Positions 27,435-38,201 of a stretch of 51,751 nucleotides of DNA are shown one piece after another. This DNA comes from an uncultured archaeon (GTDB lineage: Archaea; Asgardarchaeota; Thorarchaeia; Thorarchaeales; Thorarchaeaceae). Where the stretch lies: the NCBI GenBank assembly GCA_964631415.1, contig CAZVZC010000009.1, positions 2,196 to 53,946 of the forward strand. The letters are read 5' to 3'. The position numbers were made by a program, and so were the translations under genes. The notes under the pieces are model-generated. The model was given only the letters and a program-made list of their open reading frames with translations, was not told where the DNA came from and ran no database searches. Each line of letters starts with the position of its first letter. The first letter of the stretch is position 1.

Positions 27435-30400
27435 GTGAGTGCCACTGCCAAGACCGCCAAACGCAGAATGGGTTTCTTGACACTACTTAGTTCCATAATC
27501 CTCTTGATGACCCTCCTCTGGACCACCTACAATTTCGTTTTTATCCAGTTTGGCCTGATGCGAGCAGAGATTCCTCATGAAGACTACTCGACGGTTGAAC
27601 CTTGGCCCTATGACATAAACTGGGCTGGTGGAAGGAGTTCTTGGTTTGAGAACGTCAATTACACAGATCTGCCAATGGATCTGCCGCCTCCTGATGATGT
27701 TCTCCAGCAACTGGAGAATGTGATTTTCTATGCGGCACCCTCAGACCCACCCCAGTTATGGCGCAGTACGTCATACGATCGTTACGATGGAAGCGGATGG
27801 ACCAAGTCGCTCGGTGATACCCGAAGGTCTGCCACAACCGAAGTGATCACCCGAAGTCAAGCTTGGGACCAAGGCAACCAGATCTACAGTATCTACCTTA
27901 ATGTGACTGCAGGGCCAAACGTTGGCAGCATAGACTTGCCCGCACTCTTTCCTACTATACAAGTGATCGCTGACTCTTTCGAAACAGGTCGCATAGTGTC
28001 CGGGTCTTATCAGCCTGACAGTCCATCCCGACTCTTGGACTACACACTCAGAACGGATGACTATGGCACGTTGCTCTTCGAGCCCCTTCTTGAGGGGGAG
28101 AGTGGCACCAGTGTTCTCGTCAGATACGAAGTGACTTTCCAGAATCAAGACTTGGCAAATGTGGCGGCCAACGCCCGTGAGGGGGTATTCGCCCCGTCTC
28201 AGATTGCAGACGTATACAGCACTCTTGCAGGTGTGGTCCTTACCCAGAGAGTCCGAGACAGCATTGCACCGTTTGACAATACAGGGAAGAATGCCTACGA
28301 AACCGCTCTTGCTGTCAGTCTCCATTTTCAAACCAGCTACAGTCTAATGATGGATCCGGGTGAGTATTTGGAGCGCCCGGCGTCGGGTCAGGAAGTGACT
28401 GATTGGTTCATTCGACGCGGGGGTGGGCTGCCGATGGACTTTGCCACAGCCTACTGCGTTTTCATGCGGCAGCTTGACATTCCGGCTAGGATTGTGATGG
28501 GTTATGCAGTGGGTGATGACAGTGGCTCATATCGTACTCTGAGAGTACGCCACATGGTGTTCTGGGCAGAGGTCTTCGTACCCATGTTCCCGACTGGAGG
28601 CGAGTGGATACAAGTCATTCCCATCCCATTGCCGGGCAACATGGGCGGTGGAGAGATACCTGAAAACACGGGTCAAGGTAGTGTGCAGCTCTATGTCTTC
28701 CCCCCGCAGTGGGCAATGATAGGTGCAGATTTCAATCTGAGTGCTCTTCTGCTGTATGAAGGAATACCTGTCACAACTCCAGAGATCATCTACTTTCGCG
28801 ACGAAACATCTGGTCTTTACATGGGCAACTCCACGATAGAGATGGGTTCCTCCTTGCCCTTAGCCAACATGACCTACGCCTTCCCCGATGGCTCAGTGAC
28901 AGGGCTCCATACTGTCTCTGCAACATGGATTGGACCGGACTTTGCCGTTTCGAACTACACTTCTGTCTACGCCGTTGCCGTGCCGACCCCCTCGACTTCG
29001 TACCAGAAAGGAGTCCTCTCGGACTTCGTTCCAAGTGAGACAATCGATTTGGACATGAAACTTGGTCTTGACAACTACACTACACACTGGCAGGACACTC
29101 TCCATGTCCATGGAGTGATGACGGTTGGAGGGAGTCCAGTCAATGGGACCAAACTGAACAACGATCAGATGCAGATAATGTGGGACGAAGGGTGGATTGG
29201 GAACGCCACCATTGGGGCTGACGGCCACTACAATCTCAATATTACCGTCGACCCGCTCGACCTCGTGAGAATGACCACTGGGAACCACAAGATATGGTGC
29301 CAGTATGCAGGGGATTGGGATAATGGGTTTCCAGTCCTGCTACCGGCGCGATCAGCAGACAACTCCACTGTGACCGTGTGGGGTACAGTAGGGTTCACAC
29401 TGACCGTCTATCCAACTGTTGCATATCGTGGTTGGACCATCACGTATGATGGTGTGGCTCGGTTGCTCAACGGCACATTGCTCCCCGGTGAAACCATCGG
29501 TGTGTTTCTTAACGGTACTCTCGTGAACACCACAGGAACCAACTCCACTGGCGGCTTTCACAGCACCTACTCTATCCCCGACGATTATCCACCCGGTGTC
29601 GCCTATGCTCAAGTCAACTGGACGTCAGCTATGGCTTTGGTGTCCGGGAACTGGAGTCAAGCCGTGCCAATCACGATACGGACTGGGCAAACATCATTGA
29701 GTATTGACTCCTCACCCAAGGCGCCTGGTGTTGTGCACATACTCCAAGACATTCTCATCAGTGGATATCTGGTTGACACCGCAAACATCTCCGGGATTGC
29801 TGACCAGACGATAGACATCTGGTGGTACAACGGCATCTCTGCGGTATTGATAGGGAGTGACATCACAGAATCGGATGGTTACTACGAGTTTGTATATACC
29901 GTGCCTGTGGGGTTTGAGGGCGTGGTCACCTACTGGGCCGAGTTCGACTCATTCTCCCCGAGTTACGCCAGTTCTCAATCGGCGAACATGACTATCATGG
30001 TGCAGCGTTGGATTGTTGAGGTATCGATTCAGGTGACTCCCAACCCAGTGCATCTGCTGGAGTCCCTGACCATTTCAGGCACTGTTTCGTTGCCTGAGTT
30101 GAGTTTGAGTCTGAATGATACTCCCGTCACGGTTTGGTGGGGAAACAGCACAGGACCACATAACCTCAGTGTCGTCATGACCAGTCCAGCGACCTTTCTC
30201 TACGAGTACAGTATGATCATACCCTTTGGGCACGAGCTGGGTAGTGTCCCAGTGTGGACGGAATTCGTTTCCACTAATCCAGCACTTGCCAGCAACGTGT
30301 CCGTCCAACTGATCGTTCAAGTCATCAACTACAATACGACTCTCACTGTCTTCTCCAATGACACAAACTTCTATCTGAATGAAACAGTCCACATCTGGGG

Positions 30401-33400
30401 CCGTCTACAGTTTGAGAATGCGAGTCCTTGGCCTGATCGCTTGGTCTATTTGTACTGGGCCAATGGCACTTTTCCTGTGCCCACATTCAATGTGACAACG
30501 AACTCCACTGGTTGGTATAGCTTCTACTACGACTGCTCGCTGCTCTCTGACGCTATAGGTACTGTTGATGTCCAAGTCGCCTTCACGTCTCCTACGCGGC
30601 TTTATGATAATGCGACCGCAGGCCTCACGCCATCATTGACACTCCAGATTTACCAAGTCATACTCTTAGCCACGACCGATGCATCAGAGTATCACTTGGA
30701 CGAGGTAATAGTGTTCTCTGGGATTCTCTACTTCGAGGATGGCACAATCCCAATCACACAGACCGAGGTCATTGTGGCCTATAGGAACAGCACGAGCACC
30801 TATTTCTATCCCAAGACAACAGACAGTGGGGGCGTGTTCGTTTTCCAGTACAATTGCTCAATGAGGGATGCACTGGGAGCCGTCTATCTATGGGCGAGCT
30901 ACACCAGTTCGAATCCTCTCTGGAGCGACGCAGAATCTGCGAATAGGACCGCCACGCTCATACTCTACCAGTTCATTCTTACAACAGCTACAGACCGCAG
31001 TACGTACCATCTCAATGATACCGTTCACGTTTGGGGGCGTCTGACATATCAGAACAATGGCACTCCCCTGGTGGGACAAGGGGTTTCTGTAAGTTGGGAC
31101 TGGAATAATGGGACCATCGATGTGTTCGGTGTTTACCTCACGAACGCATCTGGCTACTTCGATTTCTACTACGTCTGTTCGGTGGACAAAGACAGAGTAG
31201 CCAACATCACCGTCTGGGCCGAGTTCATCAACAGTGTGCCGCTCTGGAGTAACGCGACTTCCGCGCCCGGCGTTGAGATTGACTTGGCCTTCTACACGAC
31301 CGAATTCACCATGTACTATCCATCTTCAGTATACCTTGACGAGAGCATCCCTATAGAGGGTATTCTCGCTTATAGTGGCGGATCGCCTGTCATTGGCGGG
31401 GGGACTGTGAGAATCTATCGGCAGGTGGGTCTGGCTTGGAGTTTCATAGACAGCATTGTGACGAATTCAACTGGAGGTTTCAGTTACGTTTACTGGCTGA
31501 CTGTTCCGCCTGACAATGCTGGCACTTACTGGTTCAAGTGCAACTACACGACGCTTGACCCACTGAGTGGCAACGCAAGCATCATGTTCTTCATCTCTGT
31601 GCAGAGATATCCGGTTGACCTTGTTGTCACAGTCAGCCCCAACTTGGTCTATCTGAACGAAACTGTCATGATCTACGTAACGCTCTCGTTCGGTCACAAT
31701 TCCTCAGCCGTGACTGGCGTTCAGGTTTCAATCTGGTGGTTCAACGGCTCCGACTTTATGGTTACGACCGTAACGACAAACTCCACAGGTGGTGCCGTTT
31801 ATGCCTACTCCGACATGTCTGGGGACAGTATCTGGACTGGAATCGAGGTGTATGGCATCTACTCTGGCTCTCTTCTCATTGTCAGTGCGGAGTCCGTGCA
31901 TCAGATGCTCACACTGCAGCAGTGGATCACAGTAATCGTCGGATTCAGCACAGGTGGAGTGACCAACTGCAGTATCGGTCAGACTATCACCCTCACAGGT
32001 GTCTTGTACTACGATCTCACTGGTCCCGATGTGCCTCTCGTTGGAGCATGGGTTGACATCCTGGTGGATGGCTATCCTGTAGGTTCTGCACAGACCACCT
32101 CCGATGGTTCATTTGTCTACAACTGGACTGTTCCTCAATCAACGACGATTGGCGACCATGACGTCGTGGTATCCTATGCATCTGTAGTCAACTGGATTGC
32201 AGACTTTACCACGACTCCTTTCACTATCAGCATCAGTGGGCTATCGCTTGTCTGGTCATCATTTGACGTCACACCCAGCGTACTCTATATCAAAGGTATC
32301 ATAACAGTCACTGGCACATTGACGCTGGACAACGGCTCTCCATATGCGGGAGCTCCCGTGTTTCTCTGGGCTCGGCACAGCCTCGACATGGTGACTTTCT
32401 TAGTATATCCCTATCCCATTTTGACAGATGACACAGGTTGGTTTGGGGTGGGAGTGGAATTGACTGCTCCCGTGGGTGTCCTCGAGTTCTGGGCCAACTG
32501 CACGCCATCTGACCCGTCCATATCACCGGGCCAATCCGTAACAAGAACTGTGGACATCAGGTTCATACCGGTTTCACTTTCCGCGATTGGTGACGTTTCG
32601 GTAGTCTACCTGGGCGATGGCATCACTATTTCTGGCAACCTGACTTTCGGAAATGGCACTGGTATGGATGGCTATAATGTGATAATCATCTGGGATGGGG
32701 GTTCTCTGGTCAACCTGACCATCACAAATCCGGCAGGCAGCTTCCAGTATGTCTACACAGTCCCTTGGACGCAGCGCCTAGGCACCGTATCCTACTATGT
32801 GGCATTCTACGCCCCTTCTGAAGCGTTCGAAAACACAGTGTCAAGTCAACAGCAGGTGGCGGTGTTCGACCGAGTGACACTCCACTTGGACCCTCAGGCA
32901 GTGGTCATCGTGACAATAGGCAGCTACCTGACAGTGAGCGGCTATGTCACCCACGGTGGCGGGAACGCAACAGGAGTGCCTTTGGCGATAACTGTCGACC
33001 CGACGGGGACTTGGGATACCGTTTCCACAGGATCGGATGGCAGGTTCTCTGTCAGTCTCGAAGTCCCCTCGAGTTGGTCGTTGGGGCAACACATACTGAC
33101 GCTTGCGATTGATTATGGCAACTATGTTATTCAAGGGGCGTCCGACTCTTGGACGATTGAAGTTCACTTAGGGACGCGTGTTCTGGTTCAGGTCACTCCA
33201 CAGGGTGACATCATGCCCGGAGAAACCTTCACTGTGTTCATTCTGCTTGAAGACACTGAGGGAGGAGCACTCATCGGGTCAGTGGTCCTCAGCCTCGGAG
33301 GTGTGGATATCGATACACTACTCGTGACTTCACCTGATGGAAACACGTTCCAAAGAGGAATTCCACTCGGTTGGAGCTTAGGCAGCGGTCTGTTCACGCT

Positions 33401-33950
33401 TTCCGTTTCGTATGGGGGTTCCGGCTATGTCGATGGTTCTACTCGAGATGTAGCCAGTTCCATTCATGTGTTTGCGGATGTCGTGTTCAACCCCGGGACT
33501 CCAACGCGCATAAACCCCGGGAGTTCACTGACCATCAGCTGCACACTGACTGATGATTCGGCGAGTCACTATCCTATTGTGGGTCGTGACGTGATCATTC
33601 ATCTGAATGGCACTTCGACCGAAACTCGCATTACCGATGCCGAAGGCCGTATCACATACACAGCTCTGGTGTCCGCCCCTGAGGGGTTCTACGAGTACTA
33701 TTTCACGCTTGTTTCATACGAGGTTTCCAGTATCGAGTCGAGCAGATTCACGGTTGCTATACAGATGGCGACTGGGCCCTCTCTCAGCTTGATTCTGATT
33801 ATTGTATGGGCAGGTGCAATCGTGGCTGAGGCGGTCATAGGTATCATAGTCATACGACGATACAGGCCGCATAGTGGAAGTACCTCAAGGTGGTCTAGAT
33901 TTCACTTGAGAATCAGAATATCATACTCTCATGTTACTAACAGGTGGTGA
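27435..33950 (+). CDS. Giant membrane-anchored surface protein: triad-less transglutaminase-like (TgpA-type) domain plus about 16 Ig/MG2-like repeats
   Basis: N-terminal TM/signal; LWRSTSYDRYDGSGW; DFATAYCVFMRQLDIPARIVMGY...WAEVF; repeats of about 100-110 aa (G-x-L...G.P...T.S.G.F); many N-x-S/T sequons; C-terminal TM followed by basic residues. Confidence 0.85.
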   Translation: MSATAKTAKRRMGFLTLLSSIILLMTLLWTTYNFVFIQFGLMRAEIPHEDYSTVEPWPYDINWAGGRSSWFENVNYTDLPMDLPPPDDVLQQLENVIFYAAPSDPPQLWRSTSYDRYDGSGWTKSLGDTRRSATTEVITRSQAWDQGNQIYSIYLNVTAGPNVGSIDLPALFPTIQVIADSFETGRIVSGSYQPDSPSRLLDYTLRTDDYGTLLFEPLLEGESGTSVLVRYEVTFQNQDLANVAANAREGVFAPSQIADVYSTLAGVVLTQRVRDSIAPFDNTGKNAYETALAVSLHFQTSYSLMMDPGEYLERPASGQEVTDWFIRRGGGLPMDFATAYCVFMRQLDIPARIVMGYAVGDDSGSYRTLRVRHMVFWAEVFVPMFPTGGEWIQVIPIPLPGNMGGGEIPENTGQGSVQLYVFPPQWAMIGADFNLSALLLYEGIPVTTPEIIYFRDETSGLYMGNSTIEMGSSLPLANMTYAFPDGSVTGLHTVSATWIGPDFAVSNYTSVYAVAVPTPSTSYQKGVLSDFVPSETIDLDMKLGLDNYTTHWQDTLHVHGVMTVGGSPVNGTKLNNDQMQIMWDEGWIGNATIGADGHYNLNITVDPLDLVRMTTGNHKIWCQYAGDWDNGFPVLLPARSADNSTVTVWGTVGFTLTVYPTVAYRGWTITYDGVARLLNGTLLPGETIGVFLNGTLVNTTGTNSTGGFHSTYSIPDDYPPGVAYAQVNWTSAMALVSGNWSQAVPITIRTGQTSLSIDSSPKAPGVVHILQDILISGYLVDTANISGIADQTIDIWWYNGISAVLIGSDITESDGYYEFVYTVPVGFEGVVTYWAEFDSFSPSYASSQSANMTIMVQRWIVEVSIQVTPNPVHLLESLTISGTVSLPELSLSLNDTPVTVWWGNSTGPHNLSVVMTSPATFLYEYSMIIPFGHELGSVPVWTEFVSTNPALASNVSVQLIVQVINYNTTLTVFSNDTNFYLNETVHIWGRLQFENASPWPDRLVYLYWANGTFPVPTFNVTTNSTGWYSFYYDCSLLSDAIGTVDVQVAFTSPTRLYDNATAGLTPSLTLQIYQVILLATTDASEYHLDEVIVFSGILYFEDGTIPITQTEVIVAYRNSTSTYFYPKTTDSGGVFVFQYNCSMRDALGAVYLWASYTSSNPLWSDAESANRTATLILYQFILTTATDRSTYHLNDTVHVWGRLTYQNNGTPLVGQGVSVSWDWNNGTIDVFGVYLTNASGYFDFYYVCSVDKDRVANITVWAEFINSVPLWSNATSAPGVEIDLAFYTTEFTMYYPSSVYLDESIPIEGILAYSGGSPVIGGGTVRIYRQVGLAWSFIDSIVTNSTGGFSYVYWLTVPPDNAGTYWFKCNYTTLDPLSGNASIMFFISVQRYPVDLVVTVSPNLVYLNETVMIYVTLSFGHNSSAVTGVQVSIWWFNGSDFMVTTVTTNSTGGAVYAYSDMSGDSIWTGIEVYGIYSGSLLIVSAESVHQMLTLQQWITVIVGFSTGGVTNCSIGQTITLTGVLYYDLTGPDVPLVGAWVDILVDGYPVGSAQTTSDGSFVYNWTVPQSTTIGDHDVVVSYASVVNWIADFTTTPFTISISGLSLVWSSFDVTPSVLYIKGIITVTGTLTLDNGSPYAGAPVFLWARHSLDMVTFLVYPYPILTDDTGWFGVGVELTAPVGVLEFWANCTPSDPSISPGQSVTRTVDIRFIPVSLSAIGDVSVVYLGDGITISGNLTFGNGTGMDGYNVIIIWDGGSLVNLTITNPAGSFQYVYTVPWTQRLGTVSYYVAFYAPSEAFENTVSSQQQVAVFDRVTLHLDPQAVVIVTIGSYLTVSGYVTHGGGNATGVPLAITVDPTGTWDTVSTGSDGRFSVSLEVPSSWSLGQHILTLAIDYGNYVIQGASDSWTIEVHLGTRVLVQVTPQGDIMPGETFTVFILLEDTEGGALIGSVVLSLGGVDIDTLLVTSPDGNTFQRGIPLGWSLGSGLFTLSVSYGGSGYVDGSTRDVASSIHVFADVVFNPGTPTRINPGSSLTISCTLTDDSASHYPIVGRDVIIHLNGTSTETRITDAEGRITYTALVSAPEGFYEYYFTLVSYEVSSIESSRFTVAIQMATGPSLSLILIIVWAGAIVAEAVIGIIVIRRYRPHSGSTSRWSRFHLRIRISYSHVTNRW
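28680..33770 (+). repeat. Tandem protein-level Ig-like repeats (about 16 x ~105 aa) inside the giant CDS
   Basis: Recurring units such as YLNETVHIWGRL, YHLDEVIVFSGIL, YHLNDTVHVWGRL, YLDESIPIEGIL, plus recurring TNSTGG/TDSGG/TNASG. Count made by eye. Confidence 0.75.
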
Positions 33951-33953
33951 CCA

Positions 33954-34409
33954 ATGCAAGGACTGATTGACATCATTCTACCGGGTGTCGCGCTGGCAGG
34001 CGCGATCATTGTCGTGTTCCTGTACCTCTATCTAGTAAAGGGCAGATTCCGGCGTCCGGAGGGAACAACAGCAGTTGACATTCCCAGCAAGCTGCGTAAC
34101 ATAAAGAAGCTGGCTGATGCAGGCAAATATGCTGCCGCTATCACCCTTGCTTATCGCACATTTGAGCAGATGTGTGGTTCGAAGACAGGCTCTGAACGTC
34201 TAGTGTCAGAAACTGCACGCGAGTATCTTGAGCGGGTTCTCAAGATAATGCCTCTGGACAGTACTGCCGCGGAGGAATTCTCGACCATCTACGAGGAGGC
34301 ACGGTTCTCGAAACACGAAATGACACGCGAGCGCTATGAGTCTGCAATCAGAGTCTTCACAGACCTTTACCCCAAGATTGAGGGCAGTCCAATCACAACG
34401 GCTGTCTAG
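33954..34409 (+). CDS. DUF4129-domain membrane-anchored protein
   Basis: N-terminal TM; AITLAY; SETAREYL; YEEARFS. Confidence 0.8.
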   Translation: MQGLIDIILPGVALAGAIIVVFLYLYLVKGRFRRPEGTTAVDIPSKLRNIKKLADAGKYAAAITLAYRTFEQMCGSKTGSERLVSETAREYLERVLKIMPLDSTAAEEFSTIYEEARFSKHEMTRERYESAIRVFTDLYPKIEGSPITTAV

Positions 34410-34434
34410 GCGCAAGCACAAAGGTGGAACTAAG

Positions 34435-35841
34435 ATGGGCTGGAAGGAATGGGCTCAACTCCTATTATTCTTCGCAAGCTGGTTTCCAGTCGCGATTCTG
34501 GCGGGCAGCACAGTCTTCGCTGTGAACGAAACCTACACGCAGGATTTCAGCATCTACAATGAGCAATGGAACGGGCTGAGCGACTTCCGGCTCGAAATCG
34601 AGAACATTGGATACACGACTCTGGCCATCCAGTCGTCCATGAGCGTCATATCGAGGTACGAAGGCGCTGCGATCCTAGTAATCATGGGTCCGGTCAGCTA
34701 CTTCACATTAGATGCAGTACTCACCGTGTTCGACCACCTGAGGGCAGGGGGAGGGGTTCTCATTGCCGATGACTTTGGTACGGCCAACACCTCTTTCCAA
34801 ATGCTGAACACACTCATCAGTGGCTCTTGGTCCGGCGGCCAGATTCCGGTCCAAGGATTCCTTTCTTTTACGGGCGGCGTCATCCTCGACTTGGACTCAT
34901 ATGCTAAGAGCCCAAAGCTGCCCGTGATCAGGAGAGCAAACGGGGGTTTCAGAGCTGGTCTCGATGGGGGCGCACTGACTGCCGGAGTGAACGAGCTCTA
35001 CATGAACTGGGCGACTGCGATTAACCCCTTCTGCGTCCTTGGCCAGGCTGGCGTGGCTTGGACCACAACCCGGTCTTGGTGTGAAACGAACATAACGGAT
35101 CCAAACCCCTACCCGGATGGCAACGAGTGGAATGGCTCTATGCCAGTCGTTGGAGCGCTAGACCTGTCCTTCGGTGGACCGGGTTCTCCGACCGGAAGAC
35201 TGGTCGCGATGAGCGATCCAAGTGTTCTTGTCAACACCATGTTCTCCCTCGGCGAAAACCGCCAGTTCGGCAGCAATGTGATCAACTGGCTGGCCAGATA
35301 CAATACATCATGGCCCATCGTCTTCTGCGAGAACCTGCTCGCAGTGCCTTGGCAATCACCAGAGTTCTTCTATGGGTTCTACCTAGGACGCGCCTTGTGG
35401 CTTAGCACGATGCCCCTCTTTGCTCCGTTGTATCCCTTGATGACTGTTGTGGGCCTTAAGAAGTACCTTCCAGACATGAAGAAGCCAGAGGTCAGGAGCG
35501 TGTCTGAAGTATTCCTTAGGCGCGGACAGACATACTTCAGTGAGCGCATGACTTACTATCGGACAGAAGGCAACTACGCACGTGTGGTGAAGATGCTATA
35601 CAGGAAGCTAAAGCGCGATCTGAAACGCAAACACATGTGGTCAGAGTACGATGCAAGGAAGCTGTGGGAACTCATGCGCTACAAGGATCCGAGCCTAGAT
35701 GAGGCCAAGTTCTTCAAGACGATTGAGAGGATAGAGGAGATATCCTCCAAACCCAAGATGAAGATCAGAGAGAGCGAGCTGATGACGCTCTTCTTCTGGA
35801 TGCATAACATATCATCGCTCTTAGTTGAATCAAGAAGGTGA
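34435..35841 (+). CDS. DUF4350-family (GIFT/GATase-like fold) membrane protein with C-terminal helical domain
   Basis: DFSIYNEQWNGLSDF; GGGVLIADDFG; GRLVAMSDPSVLVNTM...NRQF; ATG 34435 after GGTGG. Confidence 0.75.
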   Translation: MGWKEWAQLLLFFASWFPVAILAGSTVFAVNETYTQDFSIYNEQWNGLSDFRLEIENIGYTTLAIQSSMSVISRYEGAAILVIMGPVSYFTLDAVLTVFDHLRAGGGVLIADDFGTANTSFQMLNTLISGSWSGGQIPVQGFLSFTGGVILDLDSYAKSPKLPVIRRANGGFRAGLDGGALTAGVNELYMNWATAINPFCVLGQAGVAWTTTRSWCETNITDPNPYPDGNEWNGSMPVVGALDLSFGGPGSPTGRLVAMSDPSVLVNTMFSLGENRQFGSNVINWLARYNTSWPIVFCENLLAVPWQSPEFFYGFYLGRALWLSTMPLFAPLYPLMTVVGLKKYLPDMKKPEVRSVSEVFLRRGQTYFSERMTYYRTEGNYARVVKMLYRKLKRDLKRKHMWSEYDARKLWELMRYKDPSLDEAKFFKTIERIEEISSKPKMKIRESELMTLFFWMHNISSLLVESRR

Positions 35842-35851
35842 GATAGAAGTA

Positions 35852-36841
35852 ATGACTGTAGAAGAAACAACGGAAGTGAGCCAGGTCGACACTTCTCAGA
35901 CCATGAGCATAGCAGAGGTTCACGACCTGACTTCAGAGATAATACGCGAGTGTCAGAGAGTCATTGTTGGCAAGATCGACATCCTACGAGACACGATGAT
36001 TGCATTTCTCTCCAACGGACATGTCGTGTTGGAAGGCGTCCCAGGCCTTGCGAAGACCTATATGGCTCGTACTTTCGCATCGATTCTGGGCTGTGCCTTT
36101 AAGCGGATTCAGTTGACTGTTGATACTCTCCCGAGCGACATTCTGGGAAGCAACGTCTTCAACCAGAAGAGTGGAGAGTTCTGGTTCCGCAAGGGTCCTG
36201 TCTTTGCCAACCTCGTGCTGGCTGACGAAATCAACCGGTGTCCCCCCAAGTCTCAGAGCGCATTGTTGGAGGTCATGGAGGAACGGCAGGTTTCCACTGA
36301 GGGTGTGACAAGGAAACTCCCCCTGCCGTTTCTTATAATTGCAACCCAAAACCCGGTTGAACAGGAGGGCACCTATCCTCTGCCAGAGGCACAGCTGGAC
36401 CGCTTCATGTTCCGACTGGTATTGGACTATCCGACGCCCAGTGAGGAGGCTGAGGTGATTCGGAGGAAGCATCAAGGCGAGGCGACAGACCTGAGAGTGC
36501 TTGGTGACCCTTCAGCCATCGTCCGGATGCAGAATGCATGCAAAACGGTGTACCTAGACGAGGATCTGATCAACTACATCCGTGACATTGTGGTCCGTAC
36601 CCGTAATGATCCTCAGATACTTCTTGGCGGCTCTCCTCGTGCTTCTCTTGTTCTTATGAGTGGGTCGAAGACAAGAGCGGCAATGCTTGGGCGTGACTAT
36701 GTCATTCCAGAGGACGTGCGGAAGCTCTGTGTCCAAGCCCTTAATCACAGGCTCGTCATGAAGCCAGAGGCCGAGCTTGAGGGGCTCAGTGTGGACCGTA
36801 TTGTTTCGAGAATACTCGGAGAAGTGGACTGTCCGAAATAG
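35852..36841 (+). CDS. moxR: MoxR-family AAA+ ATPase
   Basis: GHVVLEGVPGLAKT; FKRIQ; LADEINR; QSALLEVM; ATQNPVEQEGTYPLPEAQLDRF; GGSPRA. Confidence 0.95.
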   Translation: MTVEETTEVSQVDTSQTMSIAEVHDLTSEIIRECQRVIVGKIDILRDTMIAFLSNGHVVLEGVPGLAKTYMARTFASILGCAFKRIQLTVDTLPSDILGSNVFNQKSGEFWFRKGPVFANLVLADEINRCPPKSQSALLEVMEERQVSTEGVTRKLPLPFLIIATQNPVEQEGTYPLPEAQLDRFMFRLVLDYPTPSEEAEVIRRKHQGEATDLRVLGDPSAIVRMQNACKTVYLDEDLINYIRDIVVRTRNDPQILLGGSPRASLVLMSGSKTRAAMLGRDYVIPEDVRKLCVQALNHRLVMKPEAELEGLSVDRIVSRILGEVDCPK

Positions 36842-36878
36842 ACAGATCTGAAAAGAACAACACTGGAGAAGACTGGGA

Positions 36879-38201
36879 TTGATAACTCAGAGAGGCTTTA
36901 CAGTCCTATTCTCAGGAATACTGTTTCTGACAAGTGGATTCTCCTTTTTCAACTTCTATCTCATTCTTCTTGGCGTGTATCTGATAGTAGGTCTAGTGGT
37001 CACACTTCCCCTATTTGCAGTGACTGCCAACCTCTCTGGCGTCGAAGTCGATCGAAAGATTGACAAGACCAAGGTCTTCTCTGGTGACTTCCTCCGGGTG
37101 CGTGTGACGATTCGCAATAGCTCACGCCGCCACTTCGACTTCATCGAAGTCTGGGATCAGTACCCCGAAACATGGATACTGGCTATAGGCGAGAATTTCA
37201 TGGCCTCTCGTATAGAAGCCGGCAGCAGCATCACCTTCTCTTACATCTTGCAGGCCCGGATGCGAGGCCGCTACTATCTCGGTCCTACAGAGGTCATCAT
37301 GCGTGACCGGCTTGGGCTCCACTACTACAAGCGGACAGTGAAGGCTAGGACGGAGATCCTAGTCTATCCGACGTGGAAGGATGTGCGCCGCCTGGAAACC
37401 ATCGGCAGGCAACGCCAGCTCGGGCTCATGTTCGGCTCTCACAAGACAAAGGTTGTCGGAATGGGTACTGAGTTCGCTGGGTTCAGAGAGTACGTGCCCG
37501 GTGACCCATTCAAGCTCATAGACTGGAAGACGACTGCGAAGCGAGGAGAGATGACGATCAAGCAGTATGAGGAAGAGAAGAATGTCCAGTTCATCTGCAT
37601 GGTCGACACATCTGGCAGCATGGGCAACGGCTACCCCGAGAACACCAAGCTCGAGTACGGCATCAGGGCAGCGGTCCTACTCACATACATGGCACTTGAG
37701 AGGAAGGACTTCGTGGGTGTGTGTGTGTTCTCAGACGTTGTTCATAACTACGTCCCGCCAAGCACAAAGCCTAACCACATGTACGACGTGCTTGACGCTC
37801 TCGCGATGGCAGAGCCAATTGGTTGGAGCGACTATGAAACAGCAGTATCACACGTGACCAGTCAGACCAGGAAACGATCCCTCTTCTTCTTCCTTACAGA
37901 CCTAGAGGAATCGCCGGGCCCCCTGCTGAATGCGATGAAGGCAGTCGTGGCAAACGGACACAGGGCTATCGTCATCAGTCCATTTGGTCCTTGGTTTGAA
38001 GTACCAGTAGGTCAGTTTGGACCAGTTGAGAGAGTCCTCTCAGAGGCCGTTTCGGAGGAGCTCTGGGAGCGGCGTGTGAAGATTTCTCGGGCATTATCAC
38101 GGTTTGGCATCGAAGTCGTCAACGTGGGCCCAGAAGACTTCCTTCCGACGGTAATCCGTCAGTACAATGCTGCGAAGCAGAGGGGTGTGGCGCTTCATTG
38201 A
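36879..38201 (+). CDS. DUF58 / vWA-domain protein
   Basis: N-terminal TM pair; RGRY; EFAGFREYVPGDPFKLIDWKTTAK; MIDAS DTSGSM and LTD. Confidence 0.9.
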   Translation: MITQRGFTVLFSGILFLTSGFSFFNFYLILLGVYLIVGLVVTLPLFAVTANLSGVEVDRKIDKTKVFSGDFLRVRVTIRNSSRRHFDFIEVWDQYPETWILAIGENFMASRIEAGSSITFSYILQARMRGRYYLGPTEVIMRDRLGLHYYKRTVKARTEILVYPTWKDVRRLETIGRQRQLGLMFGSHKTKVVGMGTEFAGFREYVPGDPFKLIDWKTTAKRGEMTIKQYEEEKNVQFICMVDTSGSMGNGYPENTKLEYGIRAAVLLTYMALERKDFVGVCVFSDVVHNYVPPSTKPNHMYDVLDALAMAEPIGWSDYETAVSHVTSQTRKRSLFFFLTDLEESPGPLLNAMKAVVANGHRAIVISPFGPWFEVPVGQFGPVERVLSEAVSEELWERRVKISRALSRFGIEVVNVGPEDFLPTVIRQYNAAKQRGVALH

